Positions 23,169-34,987 of a stretch of DNA of 64,000 bases are shown piece by piece; the stretch's first letter is position 1, and each line of letters opens with the position of its first letter. Source of the stretch: Azolla caroliniana (Eukaryota; Plantae; Polypodiophyta); NCBI GenBank assembly GCA_043228905.1, contig JBHGNT010000015.1, positions 18,786,001-18,850,000 of the forward strand, in the 5' to 3' direction. The notes under the pieces are model-generated. The model was given only the letters and a program-made list of their open reading frames with translations. It made no database searches and was not told the origin of the DNA. The translations under genes and the position numbers were made by a program.

Positions 23169-26100
23169 ATGGAAGGCGGCGGCAGCGGGCAGCCGATGAT
23201 GATGGTGCTGAATGCACAAAATTACGCCGACTGGAAGATCAAGATGGAGGATCTTCTGATTGTTCGGGACCTGTACGAACCGATTGACAGGTCGGAAATA
23301 CCGAAAGGGGTACTTGAGTCGGAGTGGAAGCTCCTGAACCGGAAAGCCGTAGCGACGATCCGACAATATGTCGACGTAAGCGTCCTACAACATGTGGCAA
23401 ACGACACCAACGCATACGAAATGTGGAAGAAGCTGTCGGGCCTCTATGAGAGGAAGAATGCGTTGAACCGGACCTCCCTGATGAGGAAGATTGTGAATCT
23501 CAAGTACCGGGACGGCGAGAGTATGGTGGAACACGTAAGCACGTTCATGGGATTCGTGAACCAGCTTGCGGCGATCAAGTTCCCGTTGGAGGATGCAATG
23601 CAAGCCATCATCCTGATGTGTACATTACCGGACAGCTGGGAGAACTTGGTGGTGACTCTCAGCACCTCCTGCACGGAAGACAACTTGTCCCTACAAACGG
23701 TAAAGACAAGTATTTTGAACGAAGAAGCGCGTCGGAGAGACAAAGAACCGGCCTCCGACTCGAAGGCGCTGCTTACCGAATCGGAACGGGGAAGACACTG
23801 GAACCGGAGTCCGCAAAGACGGGAGAAGTCGGGGACCCGGTCGCAGTCAAGAGGAAGGCCCACGTGCTTCCACTGTGGGAAGCCGGGGCACTTCCGGAAG
23901 AATTGTCGGCATTACCGAAAGGACAACGGAGCCGACGACACCGATTCGAAGAAGTCACCGGAGAGAAACGGTGCATACCGGGGAGCCACGGACCGGAGAG
24001 GTTCGGATCGGCGAGGGCAGGACCGGAAAGGAACGACGGCACTCGCGGCAAGTGAAGAAGAAATCATGCTCATTACCGAAGAGAGGGAGCTGAACCTTGC
24101 CGGCGTAGAGATGACCTGGGTGGTCGATTCCGGAGCGTCGTTCCACCTGACCCCGGAGAAGAAATACTTCTCATCCTACACAGCCGGTGAGCATGGCTGT
24201 GTTCGGATGGGAAATGAAGGTACGTGCCGGATTGCCGGCATAGGAGACGTGTGGTTGACAACCCCGACCGGATGCAAAATGCTGCTGAAGGATGTCCGAC
24301 ACGTTCCGGAGGTTCGACTGAACCTGATTTCGGCCGGGAGGCTAGACGATGAAGGCTACACAGGTAGCATCCGGAACGGTGTCATGAAGTTCAGCAAAGG
24401 GAGCTTGATAGTGGCTCGGGCCCGGAAGGTCAACACACTGTACCTGATGAATGCCTGGTTATGTCCGGAAGAGCTGAATGTGGCAGCCGACACTGCCGGT
24501 GAGCTGTGGCACAAAAGACTGTGCCACATGAGTGAGAAGGGGATGAAGAGGCTTGCAGAAGACAACCTTATCCCAGTGAAGCATGTGCACCTGGAGAAGT
24601 GCACCGATTGCCTGGCCGGTAAACAGAACCGAACCTCCTTCCACTCAAGGCCACCGACGAGACGTAACGCACCATTGGAGTTGGTGCACACCGATGTGTG
24701 TCAGGTAGAAACGAAGTCACATGGCGGAGCCCAGTACTTCGTAACTTTCATAGATGATCATAGCCGAAGACTGTGGACGGCACCGATGAAGACAAAGGAC
24801 CAAGTGTTGTCCGTCTTCAAAGAACTCCACGCGAGAGTGGAAAGGGAATCCGGCAAGAAGCTGAAAGCGATACGAGCGGATAACGGAGGGGAATACCGGG
24901 GGCAGTTCCAGGAGTACTGTCGCTCGAAGGGAATCCGACTCGAGTTTACTGTGCCGAAGACGCCGGAACTGAACGGGCTGGCCGAGAGGATGAACCGGAC
25001 CATAATGGAGAGGGTCCGGAGTATGCTGGCGCATGCGAAATTACCCAAGGGGTTTTGGGCTGAGGCAATGTCGACGGCGACATATGTGATAAACAGATCA
25101 CCCTCAGTACCTTTGGACGGAGACACGCCGCAGAGAGTGTGGACCGGTAAGGAAGTATCCTACCGGCATCTGAAGGTGTTCGGGTGTCTCGCATACGTGC
25201 ATGTGGCAAAGGACCGGAGAGGAAAGCTAGATCCAAAGACCCGGCCATGCATATTCCTCGGTTACGGCGACGACGAGTTCGGCTACCGAGTATGGGACCC
25301 GGTCGACAAGAAGATATTCAGGAGTCGTGATATCATCTTCATGGAGAACAAGACACTCGCCGACTGGGAGTCGGAGAAGAAGATGAAGAGCTCCAAGTCG
25401 ACCGGTGAGGATCAACTCTACGAGGAGCAGTCCCGACCGGCAAGGGACCGGTTAGCACTCGAGGACCCGGCCGAAGACGGTGAAGAAACAGAACCGGCTG
25501 AAGAAGATGAAAACGATACCGGAACCGGCCCCGATCCCGAAATGGATTCGGATGAAGAAGAATCGGAAGAACCAGTTACCGAAGCTCCGGAACGGAGATA
25601 TCCTCTAAGAGAGAGAAGGGCCCCCCGGAAATTTCCGGAACCAGAGCACGTGCTGCTAACCGACGAAGGGGAGCCGGAGAGCTTTGAAGAAGCAAAGCAT
25701 GACACCCAGAGCCGCAGGTGGTTGAGTGCCATGCAGGACGAGATGGATTCCCTGCATGAGAACCACACATATGAACTTGTGGAGTTGCCGAAAGGAAAAC
25801 GGGCACTCCGTAACAAGTGGGTGTTCAAGCTGAAACCGGGAGATGCCGGAAACCCCCCGAGATACAAAGCCAGGATCGTGGTGAAGGGGTTTCAGCAGAA
25901 GAAGGGCGTCGACTTCGACGAGATATTTGCCCCGGTAGTGAAGATGACCTCCATCCGGACGGTGCTGAGCATAGCGGCAAGCATGGACCTCGAGGTAGAA
26001 CAGATGGACGTGAAGACGGCATTCCTTCACGGTGACCTCGATGAAGAGATCTACATGCAGCAACCGGAAGGATTCGAGAAGAAAGGGAAGGAGCACCTGG

Positions 26101-27242
26101 TATGCCGGTTGAAGAAGAGCCTTTACGGACTGAAGCAGGCTCCCCGGCAATGGTACCGGAAGTTCGACTCCTTCATGACCGACGAAGGGTACCTCAAAAC
26201 GCAGTCCGACCACTGCGTGTTTGTGAAGAAGTTCGAAGGAGGAGATTTTCTAATACTCCTCCTGTACGTGGACGACATGTTGATCGTCGGACGGGACCAG
26301 GTCAAGATACGGATGCTGAAGAAGGCTCTTCACCGAACCTTCTCAATGAAGGACTTGGGTCCGGCGAGACAAATACTAGGGATGCACATCATCCGGGACC
26401 GGAGCAAGAAGCAGTTGTGGCTGTCACAAGAGAAGTACGTGACAAAGGTGCTTCAACGGTTCAACATGTCGGAAGCAAGACCGGTCGGATCAACCCTACC
26501 GGCAAACTGCAAGTTGTCCAGCAAGCAAAGTCCCAAGACAAAGGCTGAAAAGGAGGATATGATGAAAGTGCCGTATGCCTCAGCTGTCGGGAGCCTGATG
26601 TACGCCATGGTGTGTACGAGACCGGACATCGGATACGCAGTCGGAGTGGTGAGCCGGTACATGAGCAATCCCGGCAAAGAGCATTGGAACGCGGTCAAGT
26701 GGATACTTCGATACCTGAAGGGCACGGCAAACGTGTGCCTCCGATTCGGCTCCGGTAAGCCCGAACTCGACAGCTTCACCGATTCGGATATGTCGGCTGA
26801 TGCAGATACCAGCCGGTCCACATCAGGGTATGTGATGACTTATGCAGGGGGAGCCGTTTCGTGGCAGTCGAGGCTGCAGAAGACGGTTGCGTTGTCAACC
26901 ACGGAGGCGGAGTACATGGCAGCTGTTGAAGCCGGCAAGGAAATAATATGGATGAAGGACTTCATTAGAGAGCTCGGGATCCGGCAGGAGGAGTACCGAC
27001 TCTACTGCGATAGTCAGAGTGCCATCCACCTTGCAAAGAACGCGGCCTACCATTCCCGGACGAAACACATCCAGCGTAGATACCACTGGATCCGGGAAAG
27101 GATAGAAGACAAGGAGTTCGTGCTGACGAAGATCCACACGAACGAGAACGGGTCGGATATGCTGACCAAGGTGCTCACACCCGACAAGCTGGAAGCATGC
27201 CGGAAGAGGATCGGGTTGGAGAGACATCCCATGCCGAAGTGA
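23169..27242 (+). CDS. Copia-E Gag-Pol polyprotein (1357 aa from the first ATG after the PBS)
   Basis: Uninterrupted ORF: zinc knuckle CFHCGKPGHFRKNC, PR WVVDSGASFH, INT WHKRLCH..CTDC and DNGGEY, RT LYVDDML, RH TDSD..EAEY..CDSQSA. Confidence 0.97.
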   Translation: MEGGGSGQPMMMVLNAQNYADWKIKMEDLLIVRDLYEPIDRSEIPKGVLESEWKLLNRKAVATIRQYVDVSVLQHVANDTNAYEMWKKLSGLYERKNALNRTSLMRKIVNLKYRDGESMVEHVSTFMGFVNQLAAIKFPLEDAMQAIILMCTLPDSWENLVVTLSTSCTEDNLSLQTVKTSILNEEARRRDKEPASDSKALLTESERGRHWNRSPQRREKSGTRSQSRGRPTCFHCGKPGHFRKNCRHYRKDNGADDTDSKKSPERNGAYRGATDRRGSDRRGQDRKGTTALAASEEEIMLITEERELNLAGVEMTWVVDSGASFHLTPEKKYFSSYTAGEHGCVRMGNEGTCRIAGIGDVWLTTPTGCKMLLKDVRHVPEVRLNLISAGRLDDEGYTGSIRNGVMKFSKGSLIVARARKVNTLYLMNAWLCPEELNVAADTAGELWHKRLCHMSEKGMKRLAEDNLIPVKHVHLEKCTDCLAGKQNRTSFHSRPPTRRNAPLELVHTDVCQVETKSHGGAQYFVTFIDDHSRRLWTAPMKTKDQVLSVFKELHARVERESGKKLKAIRADNGGEYRGQFQEYCRSKGIRLEFTVPKTPELNGLAERMNRTIMERVRSMLAHAKLPKGFWAEAMSTATYVINRSPSVPLDGDTPQRVWTGKEVSYRHLKVFGCLAYVHVAKDRRGKLDPKTRPCIFLGYGDDEFGYRVWDPVDKKIFRSRDIIFMENKTLADWESEKKMKSSKSTGEDQLYEEQSRPARDRLALEDPAEDGEETEPAEEDENDTGTGPDPEMDSDEEESEEPVTEAPERRYPLRERRAPRKFPEPEHVLLTDEGEPESFEEAKHDTQSRRWLSAMQDEMDSLHENHTYELVELPKGKRALRNKWVFKLKPGDAGNPPRYKARIVVKGFQQKKGVDFDEIFAPVVKMTSIRTVLSIAASMDLEVEQMDVKTAFLHGDLDEEIYMQQPEGFEKKGKEHLVCRLKKSLYGLKQAPRQWYRKFDSFMTDEGYLKTQSDHCVFVKKFEGGDFLILLLYVDDMLIVGRDQVKIRMLKKALHRTFSMKDLGPARQILGMHIIRDRSKKQLWLSQEKYVTKVLQRFNMSEARPVGSTLPANCKLSSKQSPKTKAEKEDMMKVPYASAVGSLMYAMVCTRPDIGYAVGVVSRYMSNPGKEHWNAVKWILRYLKGTANVCLRFGSGKPELDSFTDSDMSADADTSRSTSGYVMTYAGGAVSWQSRLQKTVALSTTEAEYMAAVEAGKEIIWMKDFIRELGIRQEEYRLYCDSQSAIHLAKNAAYHSRTKHIQRRYHWIRERIEDKEFVLTKIHTNENGSDMLTKVLTPDKLEACRKRIGLERHPMPK

Positions 27243-30200
27243 AGGGGGAGTTTGTTGGGATTTCGGTCCCTCCGGATGGGATGTCCGGATGATGAAGACC
27301 CCAGTTACGGAGCCGGATGAAGAGTACCCGGATACGGATCCGGATGATGAAGACCCCGGTTACGGAGCCGGATGAAGAGTACCCGGATACGGATCCGGAT
27401 GATGAAGACCCCGGTTACGGAGCCGGATGAAGAGTACCCGGATACGGATCCGGATGATGAAGACCCCGGTTACGGAGCCGGATGACGAATGTACCCGGAG
27501 AGAGATTCGGATGCGGGGACATATTTGTGAATATGTTTGCTAAGAGCCCTTGTGGCTATATTTGTAAATAGCCCGAAAGTCATATATGTATAAATATGAC
27601 TTAGGGCAAACAGTTTATGTGGTTGCTTATCATTTTTCTGTTTTTCCACTCAAGAGGAGTGAAGTGAGAGCAGCTGAGAGAGAGAGAGAGATAGAGCGCG
27701 AGAGAGACGAAGAGGTAGACGCCTCTGTGTACTTCCGCCGCCTGTGGCGAGGACAGCGAGCTCAAGGTCGTTGCCTTGCAGCTCGCCATTGTATATTTCT
27801 CTGTGCATAGTTTGGTTCGGAGTCTCGCACTCCCGTGGTTTTTCCCGTATAGGGTTTTCCACGTTAATCCCTGTGTATCGCGTCTTTCTCTGTATTTCCT
27901 ATTTTTCTGCTACATTGATCCGCGATTAATCGGTTGTGGCCGAGTGGTGAAGGTAAATCCAACCGGTGATTCCTTCCATTAGGGTGGTTGTGAAGTTGCT
28001 TCTAAGCTTTGTTGGAAGTTTCAAGAAGTTTCTAGAACCTACTTTTAATAAGTAAAAAATGGTCATATTCAAATTTAGACCATTCATTCCCTCAAATTAC
28101 ACATATGGCCTTAGATATATATATATGGCATATATTAATTCGTAACCACAAAATTAATTGTTCTTACTTTTTGATAAATCCTTTTCTTACAATTACAAAT
28201 ATGACCCAAAACTTCAAGAGGCCCCAATTTTGTCTTTGAACGTCCAATCACGAATTGTTTGCTCTAGTGAGCTTCTTATCACTAAGCAAGTTTTTTGAAG
28301 TTGAAATTTCACCAATTTTTACCTTGTGAAGTGTGAGCTTGAGGATAAATTGCCCTCATGATTCGCTACAATGTGGTATTCCATAATTTGCCATATATAT
28401 GATTCCAAAATGACAATCCACGACAATGAGATCTCTCCCTCCTTTTATAACTTTCAAAAGACCTCTTATTAAAATAGAAACTTCCTCTTGTAGCATGGTT
28501 TGTCAATTCTCCCGAATGATACTCAAGTTTCGTAAAAATTACATTCCTCAATTTGTTTTTAACTACATGCCCCATTCTTATATTTCTTACATTGTAAATC
28601 AACTTTCCCCTAGCAAGTTTCAAACCGGAAGGTTCGACAATGCAATGTGGTTTTAGGTGTTTAGCACATGCCACATCATGACACCATCATTGAATTATCT
28701 TGGGTATAACATATTAAAGTATATCTAGTGGTAGGATACACCTATGTTATTTTATGTTTGTCTCTTGCCCTTCACTCGAAGTGGTTAACCACCCTTAATT
28801 CATTCTTTTTTATAATATCTTATTCTATCAGTCATCATTAATTTGATATGTAGTAATATAGGACCTTCATAGCTTGCTTGCTCTTTCAAACCTACTTGTA
28901 GATTCCCATGAGATCCTCCTTATAAGCCTTAATGGTGTTAGGTGTGGTAATGACTTTGCCATTTGGGTAAGGCTAGCCAAGAGATTTTGGAGCAACCACA
29001 TTGAGTGTGGCAAGGTTATTGCCATATGCATAGACCTCAAAGATTGATAAGTTGAAACGTGATGTAGATACTATGCTAGGTATTGGAGATCGAAAACTTC
29101 GAATAACTCTAAATAATGTTATTCAACCATATGGGGAACCAAGGCAAAAAAAGAAAGTAATGATGAAGATGATGGGATAAAAGAGTACGAGGAGGATGAA
29201 GGCCAAGAGCACGAAGGTTTAAGGCAAGAACATATGTGGAAGTAATCCATACTAGAAGGGTATAATTAGGATCTCACAAAATGGTGGTATGGACCCATGT
29301 TTAATATAATTAAAAGTTGGGCATGAACTTCAAGGCGAGGTAGCCATACATGTAGATGCACTTCATGCAATTAATACATTGGCTAATAAATTTCCTGCCA
29401 TGCTCATGCACATCGAAGAGACACATAAGTGGCCATACCATGAGCAAACCTACTCTAACTAATTGATCCTACCCACCAAACAGTGTTAACCGACCTTACC
29501 CTAACCAAGGTGCCAATTACATACCTTACTTAACTTACTAGTTCACAAGTGGTGGGGTGAGGCATCAGGTTTTATATGTGTTTTTCAATAATAAATTATG
29601 TCGTCATTTGATTAGGCACTTGATTTGGCAGGAAGTTCTCATGATAAAGCTTGAGGTAAGAATCCTTGGCAAGCATCAACTTAATGTGGTCTTCGAGGGT
29701 CATTATCGTCGATGTAATGTCTAATCAAATAATGTTTGCCCATTGGAGTTAATTTGTTTTTCTTTGCGTATGTTGGACTTGGTTTGGAATATGAGGGTTA
29801 CTCATGAAATTGGTGTTGCCATGGTGCATGTGGTATCAATCAAAGAAAGATTTTTGTCATCGTTGGAGACACTCGAACTATAATATGCTATTGAACGATA
29901 ATATGCGAGTGTAGGACCCATTATCGTGGAGAAAACCGGCCATAGGAGGAAATGGGGGAAAAGACGCAGGAACCGACCCTTACGCGTGGCCGCACTTTTT
30001 ATTAAGTTGTACACAACTAGGTCTGATTCAGCTGATGTAAATATACTAGGTAGTACAAATTGATTGTCTAGGGAATCCAAGTGTATCTCTATCCAATGGG
30101 ACAAGGGATAAATGTATGTAACCGAGGGTGTAACGGTCTTCCCCGACGACCTATAAAAAGGAGGGGAGAAGACTGTAACGGGGATCGCGCATTTTGAGAG

Positions 30201-31513
30201 GACGAAGTGTTGTCGGACTGGTAACCGAGCTCTCTCCTCCTCCATCGTTGTTGCTTCTGCAGGGATTTTGGGTTAAGTTGGTTGCCTCTGCTGCGTGAAA
30301 GCCCGTGCGCTTCTGGTAGGGGCTCCACTGCGTATTTTGGTGCGTGTGGTCGTCTGTGTGGAGTTTGTCACCGGCTTGCCGGTTGTAACATTGCAAGCTC
30401 TGTAATCTGTACTGATTTGGAATTGATTCTCTCGTTTCTGTCTCTCTATGTTTCCTTCGAATCTCTCTCTCCCTCTCATCTCTCATGCTCCTCGGTTCCG
30501 GGTCCCCGCGGTCCCGCCTTATTTCCTACGCGAAAGCGTAACACGACATCTATTTGGTGAACCCGACGTGAAACAAGGCGGCAGAAGAGTAGAGGATGAG
30601 GGGATCGGAGCTCGCCGAATCCATGGCGGCATCAATCGATCGGATAGTGAGGGCTCGTGAGGGCACGTGCGCCCTCGACAGGGCCATTGAATTAATTGTC
30701 GGCACAACAGGCTGGTTCGGTGGGAAGAACGTCACGAGCTATTTGGAATCCTACCGAGCCGAGATGGTGATGAGCTCGACATTCCGGAAGACTGGCGGTT
30801 GGCCGGTGTCGAGGTATTCCTCGCGGATGCGTGGAGTGAGGCGGGACCTCGGGGGTCCTGTACCGAAGAGTAAGAGAGAGAGAGAGAGAGACCCACTACG
30901 TGCGAGCGTAGTTTCACAGGGACACGGCCCTTCGACGCAAAGACGTGAATGGGACAGCGACACAGAAAGACACGAAAGTATGTATGTATTGACAAGACAA
31001 ACAACAAGAACACGAAGACAACAAACACGAAGTCGGTTACAACCGAACAGGCCGGCGGACAGATGCCGATACCTGTTCGTAAACGCACAGAAAGACAGGA
31101 ACAGGTTGGAGGTGCTGCCCGAAGCACTCGGGCATTCCTCAAAGCAGCGCGAGCCTCCCGAAACCTGCACAGAAGGAAGCTATGGAGTCTGCGAACCAGA
31201 GAGAGAGAGAGAAGCCTTCGCGCCCAATCCGACAGCACTTCGTCCTCGACTCTCCGCGATCCCTCTACCCTCCTCGTCTCCCTCCTTTTATAGGCAAGGA
31301 AGGAGCCGTTTCCCTTTTACTCCCTACCAACCGAATCTACCTAGGATCTCCTATGTTCAACTTAAGGCGCATGTGCATGAAGAGTCGGTTTCTACGCTCC
31401 GGTGCACCGATTCCGCTCGTGGACGGTTTTCTTCACGACATCCGCCCCCACCTAACCGCGCATCCACCGGCATGCGCCAAATTGTGTTGGGACGGAGAAA
31501 ACCGGTCCAGCCT

Positions 31514-34500
31514 TCATTCTTCGCCCGTCGGTTCCTCCTCGGCTTCGGATCGCTCGTCGTCGCGGTCCAAGCCAAGCGGATCCGGCTCGTCGTCGTGACG
31601 CTTCTTGAACGCTTTGATCCGCTTCCCCGCTACCGGCATCGCCATTCTCGTACCGTCGAGTTCCGCCAGATGGTACGTCCCGTTGTTGTTGGCGCTTTGT
31701 ACCACGTAAGGCCCGAACCACCTTCTTGCGAACTTCCGCGTCGCTCGGTGCTGGTTGTCGAGGCTGTTGTCGTAGACCAACACCCAGTCGCCTTCCTCGA
31801 TCTTCTTCGATCGGAGCCGGTGTGTTCGGTCGAACCGGGCTTTGTTCCTCATCCTTGCTTCCCGAAGTTTTTCCGCAGCCTGCTCCACGTCCTCCGGTCT
31901 TCGCTCGAGCTGTCGTATACGCGCCGCCAGCAGCTCCTCCCGGCTCATCTCGTCTCTCCAGTCCACGGTTGCCCACGAGGAGATCGTACGTTCCATCGGC
32001 ATGACCGGCTTCTGCCCAAACATGAGTTCTGCCGGCATGAATCCGGTTACCGAACTGTGCGTAGTTCGGTCCGCCCACAACGCATAAGGCAACAGCCGCG
32101 ACCAGTTCCCGACTTGACCTCCGCATGCCCGAACTAACGCCTTGACGATCGGTCCGTGTCCGCGCTCCACCTTCCCATTCGCCTCCGGATTGTACGCAGT
32201 GGTAAGCGAGAGCTTGACTCCTAGCCGGTCGAACAGCTCCTCGGCCTCTTCGGCGTCCAACTCCCCGCGATCGGCCACAATCTTCCCGACGCACCCGTAC
32301 CGGCATATCACGTCTTCGATCAGGAACCGACATACGGCCGCGGTCGTTTTGTTCTGAAGGGCCCGGCCTTCTACCTGGTTCGTCAGATCTTCCCGAGCCA
32401 GGACCAGATACCGCATCTGTCCTACTCCCATCGGCATCGTCACCAGATCTACCATCCATTTGAAGTGGATGGTCGGAGGGTACGTAGGGTGAAGCTCGTC
32501 CCGATGTCGGACTATGGAGTGCATCTGACAGCTCTCGCAAGTTGTCACGAACCGATGCACGTCTCGGTACAGCCCCGGCCACCAGTACTTCCCCTTTATC
32601 TTCTCGAACGTGGCCCACGTTCCACGGTGTCCAGCCCAAGGGCTGTCGTGGTAGGCCGTCAGTAGCTCCTCCTGTTCTTCCTTCATCGCTACCACCCGGA
32701 GCGGGACGCCGGTCCTCTTCTTCGGGTGCTTCCATAAGTATCCGTCCCGGAGAAAGAATCGGTATGCTTTCTTCCGGATCCGGTTTGCCTCGTCCCTCGT
32801 CCATGACGCATCCGGCGTCATCGTCCTCAAAAACCCACCGATCTGGAGCCACTCGCCGTCGTACTTGCTCTCATCGAAGTCGTTAAGTGCCAGAGTGCTC
32901 GTCCCATCGGCCGTTACGTATGCTGCCTCGAAGAAGTCCACGCCGACTTCTTCGTCCTCCGAAACCATGCCGCCCTCGTCATCAAACCTTGCCCTCGAAA
33001 GCATGTCGGCCATGGCGTTGTCCTTTCCGGAAATGTGTCGTATCTCTGGGTCCAGGGACTTGATGTACGCTATCCACCTGAGCATCGCCAGGTCCGGTGT
33101 CGCGCATCCGGAAACCATGCTGAGAATCGGCAGGCAATCCGTCTCGATAATCACGTCTGTCCCGATCAGGTAGTCTTTGTCGGCCTTTACTGCCGAAACG
33201 ATACCCCAGAGTTCACGTTTAACCTGGGCGTACCCTCGCTGTCGCTCATTGAGGACCTTCGCGCCGAATCGGATCGGGAACCGAATGCCGTCCTCGTCTT
33301 CTTGGTTGACGACCCATCCGATCCCGGTCGGACTCGTATCCACCGTTACGTATACCGGGGTACCCTTCCCGTAGACGGCCTTCCGGAGCGCCGGTGCTGC
33401 CGCAAGAGCTTCCTTCAGCTTCCGGACCGACTCCGTATGCTCGTCTCGCCATTCGAATTTTTGCCCTTTCTTCAGCAACCCGTATAGCGGCTCCGCAACG
33501 TGGGCGTAATGCGGGATCCATATGTGGTAGAACGCGCATGCCCCCAGGAACCTCCGAACTTCCGTAACCGAGCTACAGTCGGTCTTCATCGCGGAGATGG
33601 CTTCTACCTTTGCCGGAGACGGCTTCCGGCCATATGGTCCACATAGGTGTCCGACTACCAGGATTTCTGATTGCCCGAAGGCCGATTTCTCCCCGGAGAA
33701 GGTGAGCCTTGCATCCTCTAGCCTTTGTAGCACCTTCTCGCAGTCGTCGATGTGTGTTGCTACGAATCGCCGGCATCCGTCCGGCCCGAGTGTCTCGTCC
33801 TTCTCTTCCACCGGGTACCCCTTAATCGGGATGTCGTCCAGAAATGGCATGGTGATGTCCGGGATGCAATCCCTCAGTACTTTGTTCATTGCATTCACCA
33901 TGTGGGCCACCGAGTTGGTCCCTCCTTGTGGCAGGGTACACATTCGCACTAGGCCGAGGGGAGTTCGCATCGTCGTAATGTCTCTGCTCTCCCCGGCTAG
34001 CTGGAACTGGTCGTACCCTGAGTACAGATCACCGACCGAGTAAATCGACCTTCCGGCGAAGGCCTCCGCGAACTCGTCTATGGTCGGTCCGATTCCTGCG
34101 TTTCGAATGGTCACTCTGTTGACCGGCTGCAGGTCTTGAATGAAGCGCAACGTTCCATTTTTCTTTGGTACGGTGAACCATCGGTTCGAGTATGGGGCAC
34201 TCGACGGTTCAAGAATGCCCATATCTACTTTCTACCTCAATAGCTCCATCAACTTCGGGATGTGAGCTCTCGGTACCGGAATCGGCTTGAGATTCCACGA
34301 CACATGCGGTACCGTGAATATCACCATCGGCTCCACGATCGTCGGGTCTACACACCCGATCTCTTCCGGTGAGAATGCGAAGGCTTTCCCGTGCCTTCCG
34401 AGCATCCTCCGAAACCGGTCTTCCTCCGCCGGCAGTAGGAACCCGCCCCCACCGATTTTGAGCTCCCGGAGCGTCCCGTCGGTGAAGGTGTGTCCTATGC

Positions 34501-34987
34501 AGGCCGGATCTCGTAAACTGGGGTCCGACGCAACCCCTTTGATCCGGGACTCGCTGGCCTCCGGTAAGGGTGCCGCGACTGGCCTTACCTTCCGGTCCAC
34601 AGTCTTGTACTTTGTGCTTACTCGGGCCGTCCGATCCGACCCGAGCCCCCGACTGAAGTTCGCGATGACTTCGTACATCTCTTCGGAACATACCGGTATC
34701 GTCCGGTCTTCGTTAAGGTCTTCTTCGGCAACCTTCCTCAGCATCCCTAAGGTGTCGTCGAAGGAGACCGCCTCCACGGCTCCGCTGATTTCCTCGTCCG
34801 GGCCGAGAACTCTGCACGCTTGAAGTCGCTCTTCCGCCCTTGTCTTTTCTCGGCCAACGATGCCGACCATCATACACCCTCCGTTGTCGGAGAAGCAAAA
34901 TCCCCTACCTATCGTACAGTCGTGGGGTCTTTCCCGAGTGTCCGGACTGTCTCGGCCCCACGCCTTGGCAGCCCTCTCTAAAAATCC
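31514..34987 (-). CDS. Gy-2 ORF2: RT-RNase H-integrase in the -1 frame; one premature stop at 34232-34234
   Basis: RT LPQGGTNS and PFLDDIPIKG; RH VDTS..ELWG..TDC..ADMLSR; INT H..GH..CESC, DL, DRGE, NGKVE, WFGPY. No chromodomain. Confidence 0.9.

Larger units (their letters stand above)
22414..27978 (+). mobile_element. Copia-E: intact, very young Ty1/Copia (Tork/Tnt1-like)
   Basis: TSD TTAGG (22409-13 / 27979-83). The 726-bp LTRs are 22414-23139 and 27253-27978, with one mismatch seen. PBS TGGTATCAGAGC at 23143-23154; PPT GAAGGGGGAG at 27241-27250. Confidence 0.98.

Noticed and set aside
30596-32137. 513-aa + strand ORF (possible antisense gene across the Gy-2 LTR and integrase)
   Set aside because: It is a chimera of the Gy-1 gag start with the antisense of a GC-rich insertion, has no recognisable domain, and has no equivalent long ORF in Gy-1.
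31452-32852. 466-aa alternative-frame ORF overlapping the Gy-2 integrase
   Set aside because: R/G/P-rich shadow frame expected from GC-rich codon usage; no independent support.
34232-34234. TAG within Gy-2 pol as a programmed readthrough
   Set aside because: Gy-1 has a Gln codon at the same position (LLKQKVEMG), so this is most simply a C-to-T nonsense mutation.
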